Below are positions 16,185 through 27,900 of a stretch of 64,000 bases of DNA, in pieces. The notes beneath the pieces were generated by a model that saw nothing but the letters and a program-made list of their open reading frames with translations, did no database searches and was not told where the DNA came from. Within the stretch, counting starts at the first letter, position 1, and every line of letters starts with the position of its first letter. Source of the DNA: Obrimoposthia wandeli (Eukaryota); NCBI GenBank assembly GCA_977020255.1, contig CDROCS010001071.1, positions 1,984,001-2,048,000 of the forward strand, written 5' to 3'. The position numbers were made by a program, and so were the translations under genes.

Positions 16185-16484
16185 ATGTCCGAGGAATGCC
16201 CAATATGTTTGGAAGATTTAACCGAACGAATAACAAGACCCGAAACCTGCAACCATTTACATCACAAGGAATGTTTATCAAAATGGATCAGAACTTATGG
16301 AAAATTCGTACATCCAACATACCCTCGTTGCCCTGTATGCAGAAGACAATTCACAAAGTTCATCATGATAGAACCCAACCAAGAGGATGTAGATGTACAG
16401 GTGGTATTCTGTTGGAAGAATTTCAGAGAGTGTTGGTGTTACTACTGTCTGTCAGAACGACAAAATCCGACCACTTTTGTGTAA
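16185..16484 (+). CDS. RING-H2 protein 1 (putative E3 ligase), element accessory gene
   Basis: CPIC...CNHLHHKEC..W...CPVCR plus C-terminal CW....CWCYYC. Confidence 0.85.
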   Translation: MSEECPICLEDLTERITRPETCNHLHHKECLSKWIRTYGKFVHPTYPRCPVCRRQFTKFIMIEPNQEDVDVQVVFCWKNFRECWCYYCLSERQNPTTFV

Positions 16485-16544
16485 ACATCACACAACCACC
16501 AGTCCTCAATCGAGCCCAAATTCAACACCAACCCTCTCACAGTA

Positions 16545-16850
16545 ATGTCTGGAGAATGTTCCATCTGCTACGAGAACATCGTGGACCTCTCCACCAAACC
16601 CAACAACTGCGACCACCAGTTCCACGTCGAATGCCTCGAGACGTGGATCCCAATAGCCAACAACAACAATCCCCTCGACTACCCAAACTGCCCGATGTGC
16701 AGAGCAACCTTCTCGGTGCACTATGTCTACAACCGGGACAGCCTCCAAGCAGTGGTACCCATTGTACACTGCTGGAAAAACATCTGCGACTGCTGGTGTT
16801 CGTTCTGCGTGGAGGAGCGACGCACAGTCCAGCCCAACACCCAGCAGTAA
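16545..16850 (+). CDS. RING-H2 protein 2 (paralog of RING 1)
   Basis: CSIC...CDHQFHVEC..W...CPMCR plus CW....CWCSFC; GC-richer than surroundings. Confidence 0.87.
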   Translation: MSGECSICYENIVDLSTKPNNCDHQFHVECLETWIPIANNNNPLDYPNCPMCRATFSVHYVYNRDSLQAVVPIVHCWKNICDCWCSFCVEERRTVQPNTQQ

Positions 16851-17202
16851 CCGAAGGTAACTTTCTGACTTAAAACGTGACATCATGAACTACCCCTGTG
16901 TATCGCATACCGCGATAAATTAGCTACCATAATTGTAATCATAATTGTATAATCTTGTGAAACTGTAAAATGACCATTACCATTTTTATGTATGTTGTTT
17001 ATTTGAAATTGTAATTATTATACTGAAACAAAAGACAATTTTTATGCTTAGTATGAATGTGAAAAACATGCCTAAAATCAAGACAGAACTCGGTAGGATT
17101 AAAATACTAAGGTTTATGATATTAAAACTAAAATATTAAATTCGTAAATTAATATTAAAACCAAGTTGTACCCCGAATTAAAAAGAAGTAATTATTGAGC
17201 AG

Positions 17203-17715
17203 ATGATTTGCTCAATCTGCCTCGAGACCATCCGGCAAGCGTCGGCAAAACCTGCTGGGTGCCAGCACAAGTTTCACGAAGCTTGCCTATACAAGGGGGC
17301 CAGATCCCTAGCCCTATCCGCAGGGCACATCACTTGCCCAATGTGCCGCACCCCCTTCGCCGAATGGGCACTCAAGTGCCGAGGACGCCTGAAGGGCAAT
17401 CGCTCTCTGGCAACCTGCATTGGCGGACAGCACTGCAGATGCTTCGTGTGCCTGGCGCGCCGTCGAGACGTGCAAATTGGCATCCGCGAGCGATGGCGAT
17501 CTAGCCGCGACTGCCGCTCATGGCAGCAGGGCAGACGGTTTTGGATCGCAAACAATCGGCTGTACGGCTTTGACTTAATTGTCGAAAGCCCCCATCTGAG
17601 TCCTGCCCAGCAGTCGGCCTTATACACAGGGGACACTCCGTCCTTTCCGGACCTGCCCCTGGAGCATATAATGCTCTTCCTAGACGATCGGAACATGCCG
17701 GACATGGATGACTAA
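17203..17715 (+). CDS. RING-H2 protein 3 with C-terminal extension
   Basis: CSIC...CQHKFHEAC...CPMCR plus C......CRCFVC; GC-rich. Confidence 0.82.
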   Translation: MICSICLETIRQASAKPAGCQHKFHEACLYKGARSLALSAGHITCPMCRTPFAEWALKCRGRLKGNRSLATCIGGQHCRCFVCLARRRDVQIGIRERWRSSRDCRSWQQGRRFWIANNRLYGFDLIVESPHLSPAQQSALYTGDTPSFPDLPLEHIMLFLDDRNMPDMDD

Positions 17716-18270
17716 ACTGATTCATTCCCTTTTTCTGTGCTACATTTTTAGTTATGTATATAATATAATTGAACATTTGCGACCGTGTCCGAATTTTTCA
17801 TAAAAAAAAATAATACCGAGTTTTGACAAAACTTTTGGGCCTGTTTGATGAGTTTGAATGATTGAAATTAAGTGGGGATATTTCTAAAATCTGAGGCTAA
17901 TAAGTTTAGTAAAATAAAATCGATACGTTCCGGGGACGTAACTTTTTCAGAACCCCCGAGATATGTTAGGTTTAGGTTTTGGAAACAAATTAAATAATTA
18001 ATTGATTTTATAGTAAAATGAAAATCCTTGAAAGCAAGGTTAGAATTAAATAAATTTTATATTAAAATTAAAATTGTTGAGTTTAGATAGTAAATAAATA
18101 TTAGAGGACCACGAAGGTCGTGTGTAATGCGTAAGTATATAAGATATTAAGTTTAAAAACAAAGGGCCCCAAAAAACAGAGTTGCCAAGAAGAAAAAAGA
18201 ATTACAAAGAAAATTGGAAAGACAAGTGCAATTAGCAGAAAATTGGAAAATATCATTAGAAGAAAAATCA

Positions 18271-18478
18271 AGCCACGTCAACTCAGCCACGTCACAACAG
18301 CTGTTTTCCTGAGGTAATTAATTACTTGAACTTGGCTCAAATTAGAGAATCCTCGTTGAAACGAGAACCACAGGAAGAAGTGAGTGACAAGCCACGTCAC
18401 CCAACAATCCACGAGAAGAAATCCATTGCCAACAGCTGGACTCAGTACACACGCCTAAATAGAAAATAGACTATATAA
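18271..18478 (+). promoter_or_regulatory. LTR promoter: three AGCCACGTCA bZIP sites and a TATA box (TATATAA, 18472-18478)
   Basis: Exact 10-mer at 18271, 18285 and 18390, upstream of TATA. Candidate leader splice donor AAG|GTAAGA at 18563. Confidence 0.55.
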
Positions 18479-19000
18479 GTCTACGTATAGAAGAAAATAT
18501 ACCCCCAAAAAGAAATCAATACTGCACCAGGAGACAAGACAGAAGACGAAATCGACACGAAGGTAAGATGAGTAGGAACATCTCCACCAAATTTAAGTTG
18601 AAACGCGCAGATAATCAGTGTGACAATACAACACAAGCCGATTTCGCGATCAACACAGCGGAACGATCGTGCCGATAGCAGACAGCTCTGGGAAGTCCGA
18701 ATCTCAATTCAAACGCCAGATCTCGCACCAGAACAACAAACGGAAGTAGTATCTAATTCTGCACCGGACGCAGTGGGAACAACATCACTACAGTACCTAC
18801 AAATAACAAGAGCAATTCAAGCAGAGCTACCGGATCTCAACGAAGGATCGTTCGTGATTATCGCAGTCAATTCGCGTGCGGGATTTGATAACTGGAGCAA
18901 ACTAAAGGTATAAATACCCACAAATTTGAAGGAAAAGTTAGCAAGATTAATTTCGTTGAAGTTCAATTTTGTTAAAGTTATAAAGATTAAGTTCGCTGAA

Positions 19001-20140
19001 GTTGATTCGTTTAAGTAAAATTGAATTAAATACCGTTGATTCGTTTGAGTAAAATTGAATTAAATACCATTGATTTGTTTTAAGTAAAATTGAATTAAAT
19101 AACCGTTGATTCGTTTAAGTAAAATTGAAATAAATACCCGTTGATTTGTTTAAGTAAAATTGAATTAAATACCATTGATTTGTTTAAGTGAAATTGAATT
19201 AAATACCGTTGAATTGTTTGAGTAAAATTGAATTAAATACCATTGATTTGTTTTAAGTAAAATTGAATTAAATAACCGTTGATTCGTTTAAGTAAAATTG
19301 AATTAAATACCATTGATTTGTTTAAGTGAAATTGAATTGAATACCGTTGAATTGTTTAAAGTGAAATTGAATTAAATACCGTTGATTCGTTTAAGTAAAA
19401 TTGAATTAAATACCATTGATTTGTTTTAAGTAAAATTGAATTAAATAACCGTTGATTCGTTTAAGTAAAATTGAATTAAATACCATTGATTTGTTTTAAG
19501 TAAAATTGAATTAAATAACCGTTGATTCGTTTAAGTAAAATTGAAATAAATACCCGTTGATTTGTTTAAGTAAAATTGAATTAAATACCATTGATTTGTT
19601 TAAGTGAAATTGAATTAAATACCGTTGAATTGTTTGAGTAAAATTGAATTAAATACCATTGATTTGTTTTAAGTAAAATTGAATTAAATAACCGTTGATT
19701 CGTTTAAGTAAAATTGAATTAAATACCATTGATTTGTTTTAAGTAAAATTGAATTAAATAACCGTTGATTCGTTTAAGTAAAATTGAAATAAATACCCGT
19801 TGATTTGTTTAAGTAAAATTGAATTAAATACCATTGATTTGTTTAAGTGAAATTGAATTAAATACCGTTGAATTGTTTGAGTAAAATTGAATTAAATACC
19901 ATTGATTTGTTTAAGTGAAATTGAATTGAATACCGTTGGATTGTTTAAAGTGAAATTGAATTAAATACCGTTGATTCGTTTGTGTAAAATTGAATTAAAT
20001 ACCATTGATTTGTTTAAGTAAAATTGAATTAAATACCGTTGATTCGTTTGAGTAAAATTGAATTAAATACCATTGATTTGTTTAAGTAAAATTGAATAAA
20101 TACCCGTTGATTCGTTTAAGTAAAATTTAATTAAATACCC
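19001..20140. repeat. ~34-bp tandem satellite inside LTR, ~33 copies, alternating variants
   Basis: Unit GTAAAATTGAATTAAATACC(G/A)TTGATT(C/T)GTTTAA. The array is bracketed by a ~50-bp direct repeat (18913-18965 and 20135-20185). Confidence 0.95.
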
Positions 20141-21950
20141 GCAAATTTGAAGGAAAATTATAAAGATTAATTACGTTGACGTTCGATTCGTTTAAGTAAA
20201 ATTGAATTAAATATTGGAGAAATAAGATCTCCAACTCATTTCATAGATTAGAGCAACCAGCTTCCCAGAAGACTTCTTACTTAACGTTGTTACATTTGGA
20301 GTACAGACTCTAGTAACCATCTAACCCTAACGTTAAAATCGATACGTGGTTCATCCCCACTTGAGTAGAGACTTTCAGAAGTCTTAGGAATTTTACTACA
20401 ACTTTTTAGAAAATACGTACGTAAACGTATTGTTTTGTTTAGTCTAGTGTGTTAACAATAAACGATTTCCTACATTAGAAAGCATTGTTCTAAAACCTTC
20501 AGATTAAGAGACATTGAAAAACAAACACCTTCAGATAAGCATTGAGACAGGCAACTATAACATTAGGTAGGCCACGACCAACTTTAAGACCTGCTTCTAT
20601 AAGAACTCACGTTGGGGCCCTCCACATTCAAGAGGATCTATAAGTTTCATATAGAAACCCCAACATTTTCTCAGTGGCCTGTAATGGTCATAGCTTTTGC
20701 TAAATAGGCAAACCTTATCGGTAGGATTTTAGAATTTCATGAGTTATATTATCTATATATACCATTTTATCTGTCAGCTACACGTTATGAAATAATCCGA
20801 TTTTTTCATTCTTGAATTACATATTAGTGAGTTAACCTTGTTATTGGTCATTTGCCTCATATTCGATATCTGATTTGTGTATTATATATTACTAAGTCAA
20901 TATACTGGTTGGTTGAATAGCTACACCAAAAGTGGAACACAAATTACGCTGGTTTATTGTAAATTCATATATAGTACTATTTTAGAAAAAATCAATATAT
21001 GCATAGCGGATTCTAGTAATTTTGAAGTACTGCATACAATAACTTCCAAAAATGGGGAATAACCAGAATAAGCCGGCAACACAGGTTATATACTTTTTTA
21101 AGAACTCACGCACCAGAGGCTTCTAATAAATGTAACAACTCTGAACCTAAAAGTAGAAAATAATTAGATTTTCTGGATTTAAAGACTTATTTAAATGTTA
21201 CATAATATATTCTGTTGTATGTTGATAATTCTAATGTTATATGTGTTAATAATACTTTTTATCATACATCAAAGCTATCTAATATTTATATTAAAATATA
21301 AATGTAATTTCATCAGAAAATTACATACATAATCAATTTCAATGAACAAAGTGTCAAGTCAGTTTTTTAATACAATTTATTTATTAGTGATTTTAAATCA
21401 TAACAATATAATTTTATTCTAATTATAGGCAATCTTGTTATTACATGGAATTCTTTCTGTAATGACATTAAAAAACTATTTACATATCTAAGACACTAAC
21501 ATTGAAATGAATCGTTAATTATTATATAATTTACAAACTATTTGTGATTTCTGATTTTGGAAAAACATTGTGAATCATGTTGTCTTTTTATAATTTTGAC
21601 TCTTCAATTTTTGTTGCTTAATCGTACAATTTGTCAAGTAATTTTTAGACTATGAAACTAGGATTTTAATTGTTAAAAATATTTTAAACCCTTACTCGAA
21701 TTTAAAAATAATTTATTGATTTGTTTCAAAAAATCACATATTTATATACATTTAAAAAAGCTTAAATACAAAATAAATAAGTTGGAAATTAAATAATTAT
21801 TCATAGAATAATATTAAACAAATTAATTTAGTATTGTATTTTAATGAATCAATTAAATTGCTAAAAATTTACGAACAATTTTAAAAATATGTTTATAAAT
21901 AATCGCCATTATATATAATTTTCGCCAGCTGATAGCTTTCCTACCCATTC

Positions 21951-24900
21951 ATGTCAAAAAAGTGCTTTCATTGTATTAGAATAGCTGTTGTTGTTGTTAA
22001 TTTCATCCTTTTGGTAAGTGAACTTGATCGGATTTCATTAAATATGCTTGTAGTTGATAGGAATAGCGATTATTGGATCGTCAATATTCTTGTATATCAA
22101 AACTACAAACTATGATCTCACCAGAGCACCGGATCATTATTCGGATTTTAAAAAGGTTCTTTCAGTGATTATGGGGATTGGAATTTTTACCGTCATTTTA
22201 TCTTCTGTTGGATGTATTGGCGCTTACAATGAGTCCCAAGCTGTCTTATCCATTTACTTTATCATAATGCTTGTGTTGTTTGGAAATCAAATTGCTGTGG
22301 GTTGCATGTACTTTGTGTACAAATACGAAGTAATTGTTTTTTTCGTATATATTAGTATTTTATATTATAATTATTTTCTTTTTATGTCTAACATATTAAT
22401 GAAGGAGTTTCACTCAATTTTAAAATTACTGATTATTAATGATTTTGATTTACATAAATAATTTATTAATTTTTCAATGATGTGGTCGTTGATTCTTGAT
22501 TCAAAAAAACTACGTAAAAGTGAATAAATATGGAATAAATTTAAGAAATTAGTCATTTTATTAAATAAAGAAGTGTCTGATCTGAAGCGTACAATGTCTA
22601 ATGAATTAGTAATGTAATTTTGTAACATTTATTGCGAGTTGAATCGGCTCATTTACTCAATTGGAAAAGCTGTATGACTTCGCTTTACTTTTACACTTTC
22701 ATTCAAAGATTCTCCTAAATTTCAATTTTATTTTTATATACAATATTTCCAAGAAAGAAGGGATTTTCAATTTGTCACCTAGTTGCTTTACTGAGGTTTA
22801 TTTCCTTACAACCTTATATAAACTTTCCTCAGCGATGAATAAACATATTTAAAATATTTCATATATAGGCCAAATCAGGGTAGCACAAGCGACTAAGGAT
22901 ATGATGTTTAACATTTGATTTCATATTTAAATTATTCTAGATCATCTGTTTAACAAACAATACAATTTTATGATAGTGAACATTTTAAATTGTGTCTAAA
23001 TATTTATTCTAGCAAGTTTTTATTTAAGGGTGGCAATTTATACTGCTGCAAAGTAGTGGTAACGTAAGTTTTATTTAAGTTAAATCTGTCTCTTACATTA
23101 CCACTTCTTCGCAGCAGTATAATTTTCTTACCTCAAATACAAATTTACAAACAAATAAAATTCACACAACATTGAAAATGTTTACCATTATAATAAGGTG
23201 TTTGTTAAACAGATGCTCTAGAATAATATAAATGTCAATTCAAATGTTTAAAATCGTATCTGTCACTTACGTTACTATGATTTTGTACATATGTTTAATT
23301 TAAAATGTTTCCTATCTGAAAAAGTCAACAGTTTAATCAAAATTTTTAAATACATAAAACAAATTTAATCTAACCAAAAGATTATTTTGTTTTAGATTGT
23401 TTTTGTTGTGTGATTAATTATATTGCTTATCGCACTGTGACTTATATTTAGATTATATTTATCATTAACCCTTATGTTTTACATGATATTTAGTTGTTTA
23501 TTTTTTTCTCGATATATTTAAACATGTTCACTTTTTTATGTCTCATGAATAAAGAAATTAAAAGAAATGATGTAATGTAGAAAATGAATGTTAAAAGTCA
23601 TGCCTTACCAAATGAAACTATACCAAGTGATTGACTATACATAAAAGTGTTTCAATAATATGTAGAAAGACGTGTAAATTTTTAAGCTGCATAAGGTACA
23701 CAATCTAATAAAACTATCCAAAAAAATCTGAGTGGTTCGATCTCAATATTTTAAATAAATACATCAAAACTTAGTTAAACTAAATATTTTATTAACATTT
23801 ATATTTCACTCTATCTACTGGATATTTTAATTTAACTTTTTCTTATTAAGAACAAAATAGATGTAACATTTCGTCACATTTTCAGATTTACAATGGTTAA
23901 TTTAACTGATTACAATAATGATTGAACATAACATAAACAGTGAACGTCGCTTCAATTTTCGCAGTTCGTCTAAACAGAAAGCGAGACAATTTTATAAGAA
24001 AATATTACGCTGTCATTGAATTTGTTTTGGAAACTATTTCAATAATTATTGACAGTAAACAATCTTCAGCTTTATCTAATTATCTAAAAATAATAATGCC
24101 TACAAATCGTAAAACTCTTAAAACATTAGAAACAGGACTCTTAAATTGACAAATTTGTGTTGTTTTTTTTGAATTTTTTAAATTTATTTATCATATTTAT
24201 AAGGACTATCGAAATTTTCTACTCTAAGCACGAAAATTCATCTATGAAATAGATCTGAACATAATGGACAATATAACACGTACAAATACTGGTTAAAATT
24301 AACAAAGTTCCACACAAAAAAACTTTAGCGAAAGGTGGGTAATTTAAAATTAAGAAAATAAGAATAAATAGAAAAATCTGCATTTAATTATTATCTAATA
24401 AGTGTTTTCTAAAATTATGTTTAAATGATATTTCTTTGGAAAGTACCCATCTAAAATGTTCTTATTCTCAAACTTTATATATGGGCATTTCTAATTTTGT
24501 GTAACGCCATTAATCAAAAGAATAGTGGTTTACCAAGCCCTTTAAACTATATAAGATCTTAATATTTAGTTTAATATTCGAGTGACAAAAAAATTATTAA
24601 CCCTATGAAGTATTTAATGTAGCATTATTGAATATTGCAACTTAATGCAAACGAAAATTACTAAAAATAGATCTTTTAAAATATTAAACTGTCTATCTCA
24701 GAAATATAAATGGGCATATATAACATATCAATACTCTAGAAACGTTTTTTAAAATAGTAGTTAAAACTGATATTTTACTTCTTTTTTTAAATACGAGATG
24801 TATGCCATAACATTTTCTCAACTGAAATTTTATCTAAATATGTAGAAAATCAATATTCGTTTACGAGATATTCATAAAATAAACTTATAACAAAGCTTTA

Positions 24901-27900
24901 TGACAAAAATAAGATGATTGAATCTTTCTAAAAAAAATTCAACTTCAGTGAATACTTTTCTCTATTTAAATTGTATATAAAAACCCAATTTGATAAATGT
25001 TCGAAGGATATAACAACTGAAATACTTCAAGGGAATGCAATCTTGCTTCTGAATTCTATAAAATAATATCGTTTTATAGAGTAGTGAGTCTCATTGATGA
25101 TCTTAAAGAATTTATTGAATAAAACAAATTAATTAATATTCTTTTTTCTATTAAATATAGAAAATTATTTAGAGGGTTCATTTTATACCTAATATTTCAG
25201 GAAAGTATAGAATAGTTTATAACTAGATTTTTCTAATATAAATTATACAGTATTGGCAAAATTAATTGTCAATTTTTTGTCTCGATTTTTAAGGTATTTA
25301 ACTCAATTAACTAAATTAACTAAGGCCCACTTGAAATTGAACAATTGTGATATTATGAATAAATACAACAATATATACTTAAATTAACCCAGAAATATTG
25401 TTAATATTTTTGTGTGCTCATCGTTTCTGCTTGCCTTATACGAAGCTTTTATTCGATAAGTTCATTAAGGGTTTCCTGGATATTAGCGTCACTATTCCAA
25501 CAATAAATTACTCTATATGTGAGCTGTTGTTTTACATTTTCACGTTTCCATCGATCTATTTCAACCTGTCAAAGATGTTCAAAAGTTAAGATCTAAACTA
25601 TTTCTAAGTCAGCCAAGAATTTTACACTATTAACTTCCTGATATTTAGATATTATCTCAGTTGTCTGGCAGAGAAATCGATCGTACATAAATATGCCATT
25701 TACTTCATGATACCACTCTTACATCTGTCTTTTCATGGACCCTCTAAAACTGGCAAGTACTGCTATAGTACTTCTCATAGCACCCTCTACTAAATTGAGG
25801 CAAAAATGTCTATTAATTTTGCCTATACTATACATAATTTCAACTCAGGTGAAAAGTTTTGCTTCAATTCATTCTAACATTTTAGAAATACTTTCAATTT
25901 TAATAAATTTTTTTGATTTTTTTTCTCAGAAACTCTCCACAAGCCTCAAGATCAGTATCGACAATTACAATAGTCAGAAAATCGAAAATCAAGAAACAAT
26001 ATTCATCAATTCCGTTCAGAAAATGGTGAGTATTATTATTATTTTTTTTTTTATCAAATTTACGAGATTACAATTGAAATAATGGTGCTGTTTTAATGAA
26101 ATCCTTTTTGTGTCTAACTAAGTTCAACATTTTGTATTCTAGTGACCTTTTTCTAGGTCAGAATTTTCTCGATATTTTTAAATTTAATAAAATTCATACA
26201 TACTAAACTAAGATTTAATACTTAAGGTTTCAACTTTATACTTTGTCAATTAATATATTGTCTTTAAGCTGAATAAGTTAAATACTTTTCTTAACAAACT
26301 AATTTGTAAAAAATTCTTTATTAAGAGAAACTGCTTAGTTTTCAAAATACATTTACAACAGGGGAAATTCGTTTTTGTCATTTATAAAAGCATTGGAGTT
26401 ACCATCAATTACGTCTTTAATCCATGATCTCTCCAATTGATTGAATCACCTGGCATATCATGGAAAAGACAGTAAACGCAGAACGATACAATATCATCTT
26501 ACTAACCAATATAATTACTGTACAAACTCATCAGCGAAATCGATTTTATCAATAAGATAGAGCTCCACTCTACTTATCTCTACTAAAAGTTTTGTTGTTT
26601 TTTAGAAAAAAATTTATGTATGTTTTGAGAATTTTGGTGATACGGATTTAATCCAGAGGGTTTTGGTGATTCTCTATTATTATGGTTCCTTGTAAACAAT
26701 AATTCAAATAATGAAAGGTTAAAATATTTTCAATCTCTTGCGGTAAAAGAGAGTGATTGCTGATTATAAGATTGATCCGAGTTGAATGAATTTCCCCTAC
26801 TCATTCAGCTGAAATGCTGTGGAGTGGACGGTGTCAGTGACTACAAGACAAAGAAAGATACTCAGCCCAAAATCCCTTTCTCTTGTTGCAACTACGAGAA
26901 ATTCGCGTGTAGTAGTAAAGATCCCACTGTAGATGTGGGCAATGCATTTACCAAAGTAAGTCGATTTTTTTGGATGTTTAACATTTGGAAGAATAGTGGG
27001 TCATTTGTTTTGGCTTGTATTTTGATTATAATAAAGGGATTATTGAACTGATTATTTATTATTAACTCTCAAGACAAAATATTTTCGTATTGTTTTCAAC
27101 AAATAAACAAAATTCTATCCATATTTTGATAATAATTAATAGTATTTGAAAGTTAAAGAACATTTTGGATGTGTAACTGGTCTAATAAAGTATCGAAATT
27201 TCAAAATAAAAAGGAATTTTAAAATTGTTTATTTCTTTGCATAACTTTAATTAAATGAAACAAGAGTTGTTGTATACAAAATTTAGTAAAATAAATACCG
27301 TTTTTGAATGTCTACATAAATGTACTGGAAAATAAATTTAACTTATAATGACAAGTGAAGACAGTTAATAAGTTTACAACAAAAGGTGTTATCAGTTTCC
27401 GCTGTTTGTGCTGATTTAAATTATGGCGGGTGGCATTAAAATGATTTTGTAATCCGTCCAACTTCCAACTGAATATTACGCCAAAGTTAATACTCTGCAA
27501 AACGTGAATACTTTGTTTGAGAAACCGTATTGTCGTTTCCATAACACCTTCCCATTTATAAAACTATCTAAGGGAATTTCTGTTAACTTAATAATTGTTT
27601 TGTTAGTCATCTCAACACTAGTAATTCAAACCCTAATTTCCTCAGTTTTTGAAACTAAGCAACATGTCAAGATCTGTTTGAGGAACGAGATTTATTATCT
27701 GATACCAAGTTAATAATCGTATTTAATCTTTTTGGTGATTTTATTTTGTCCATTATATTTTTGTAATGTCAAAGTGTAATTTATTCCATACATTTTGAGG
27801 TTCATTTAGAAGTGAAGAACATTTTACAATTTCAGAAGTAATTTGTCTATTTAACAATAAATGTTTTCAAGATTCAAAGGAACCTATATATGATTATTTG

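Larger units (their letters stand above)
1..20665 (+). mobile_element. Giant Ty3/Gypsy LTR retroelement (Burro-like), 5' LTR outside window, env-bearing, integrase-defective copy
   Basis: Domain order Gag-PR-RT-RNaseH-IN in one frame. 3' LTR TGTT(17964)...AACA(20665) is defined by matching ends of two solo LTRs elsewhere in the window. Confidence 0.95.
17964..20665 (+). mobile_element. 3' LTR (~2.7 kb)
   Basis: Starts TGTTAGGTTTAGG and ends ATAGAAACCCCAACA. Both ends match the reverse complements of the solo LTRs at 38478-42679 and 57313-58383. Confidence 0.88.

Noticed and set aside
379-16886. Numerous minus-strand and alternate-frame ORFs overlapping the polyprotein and RING genes
   Set aside because: They are shadows of a long, codon-biased coding strand and show no motifs.
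18620-18913. 97-aa ORF inside the LTR
   Set aside because: It starts at GTG with no in-frame ATG even after the putative leader splice, and has no recognisable motif; unsupported.
19001-20140. Regular ~34-bp repeats as a CRISPR array
   Set aside because: Units are head-to-tail with no unique spacers, there are no cas genes, and the context is a eukaryotic LTR.
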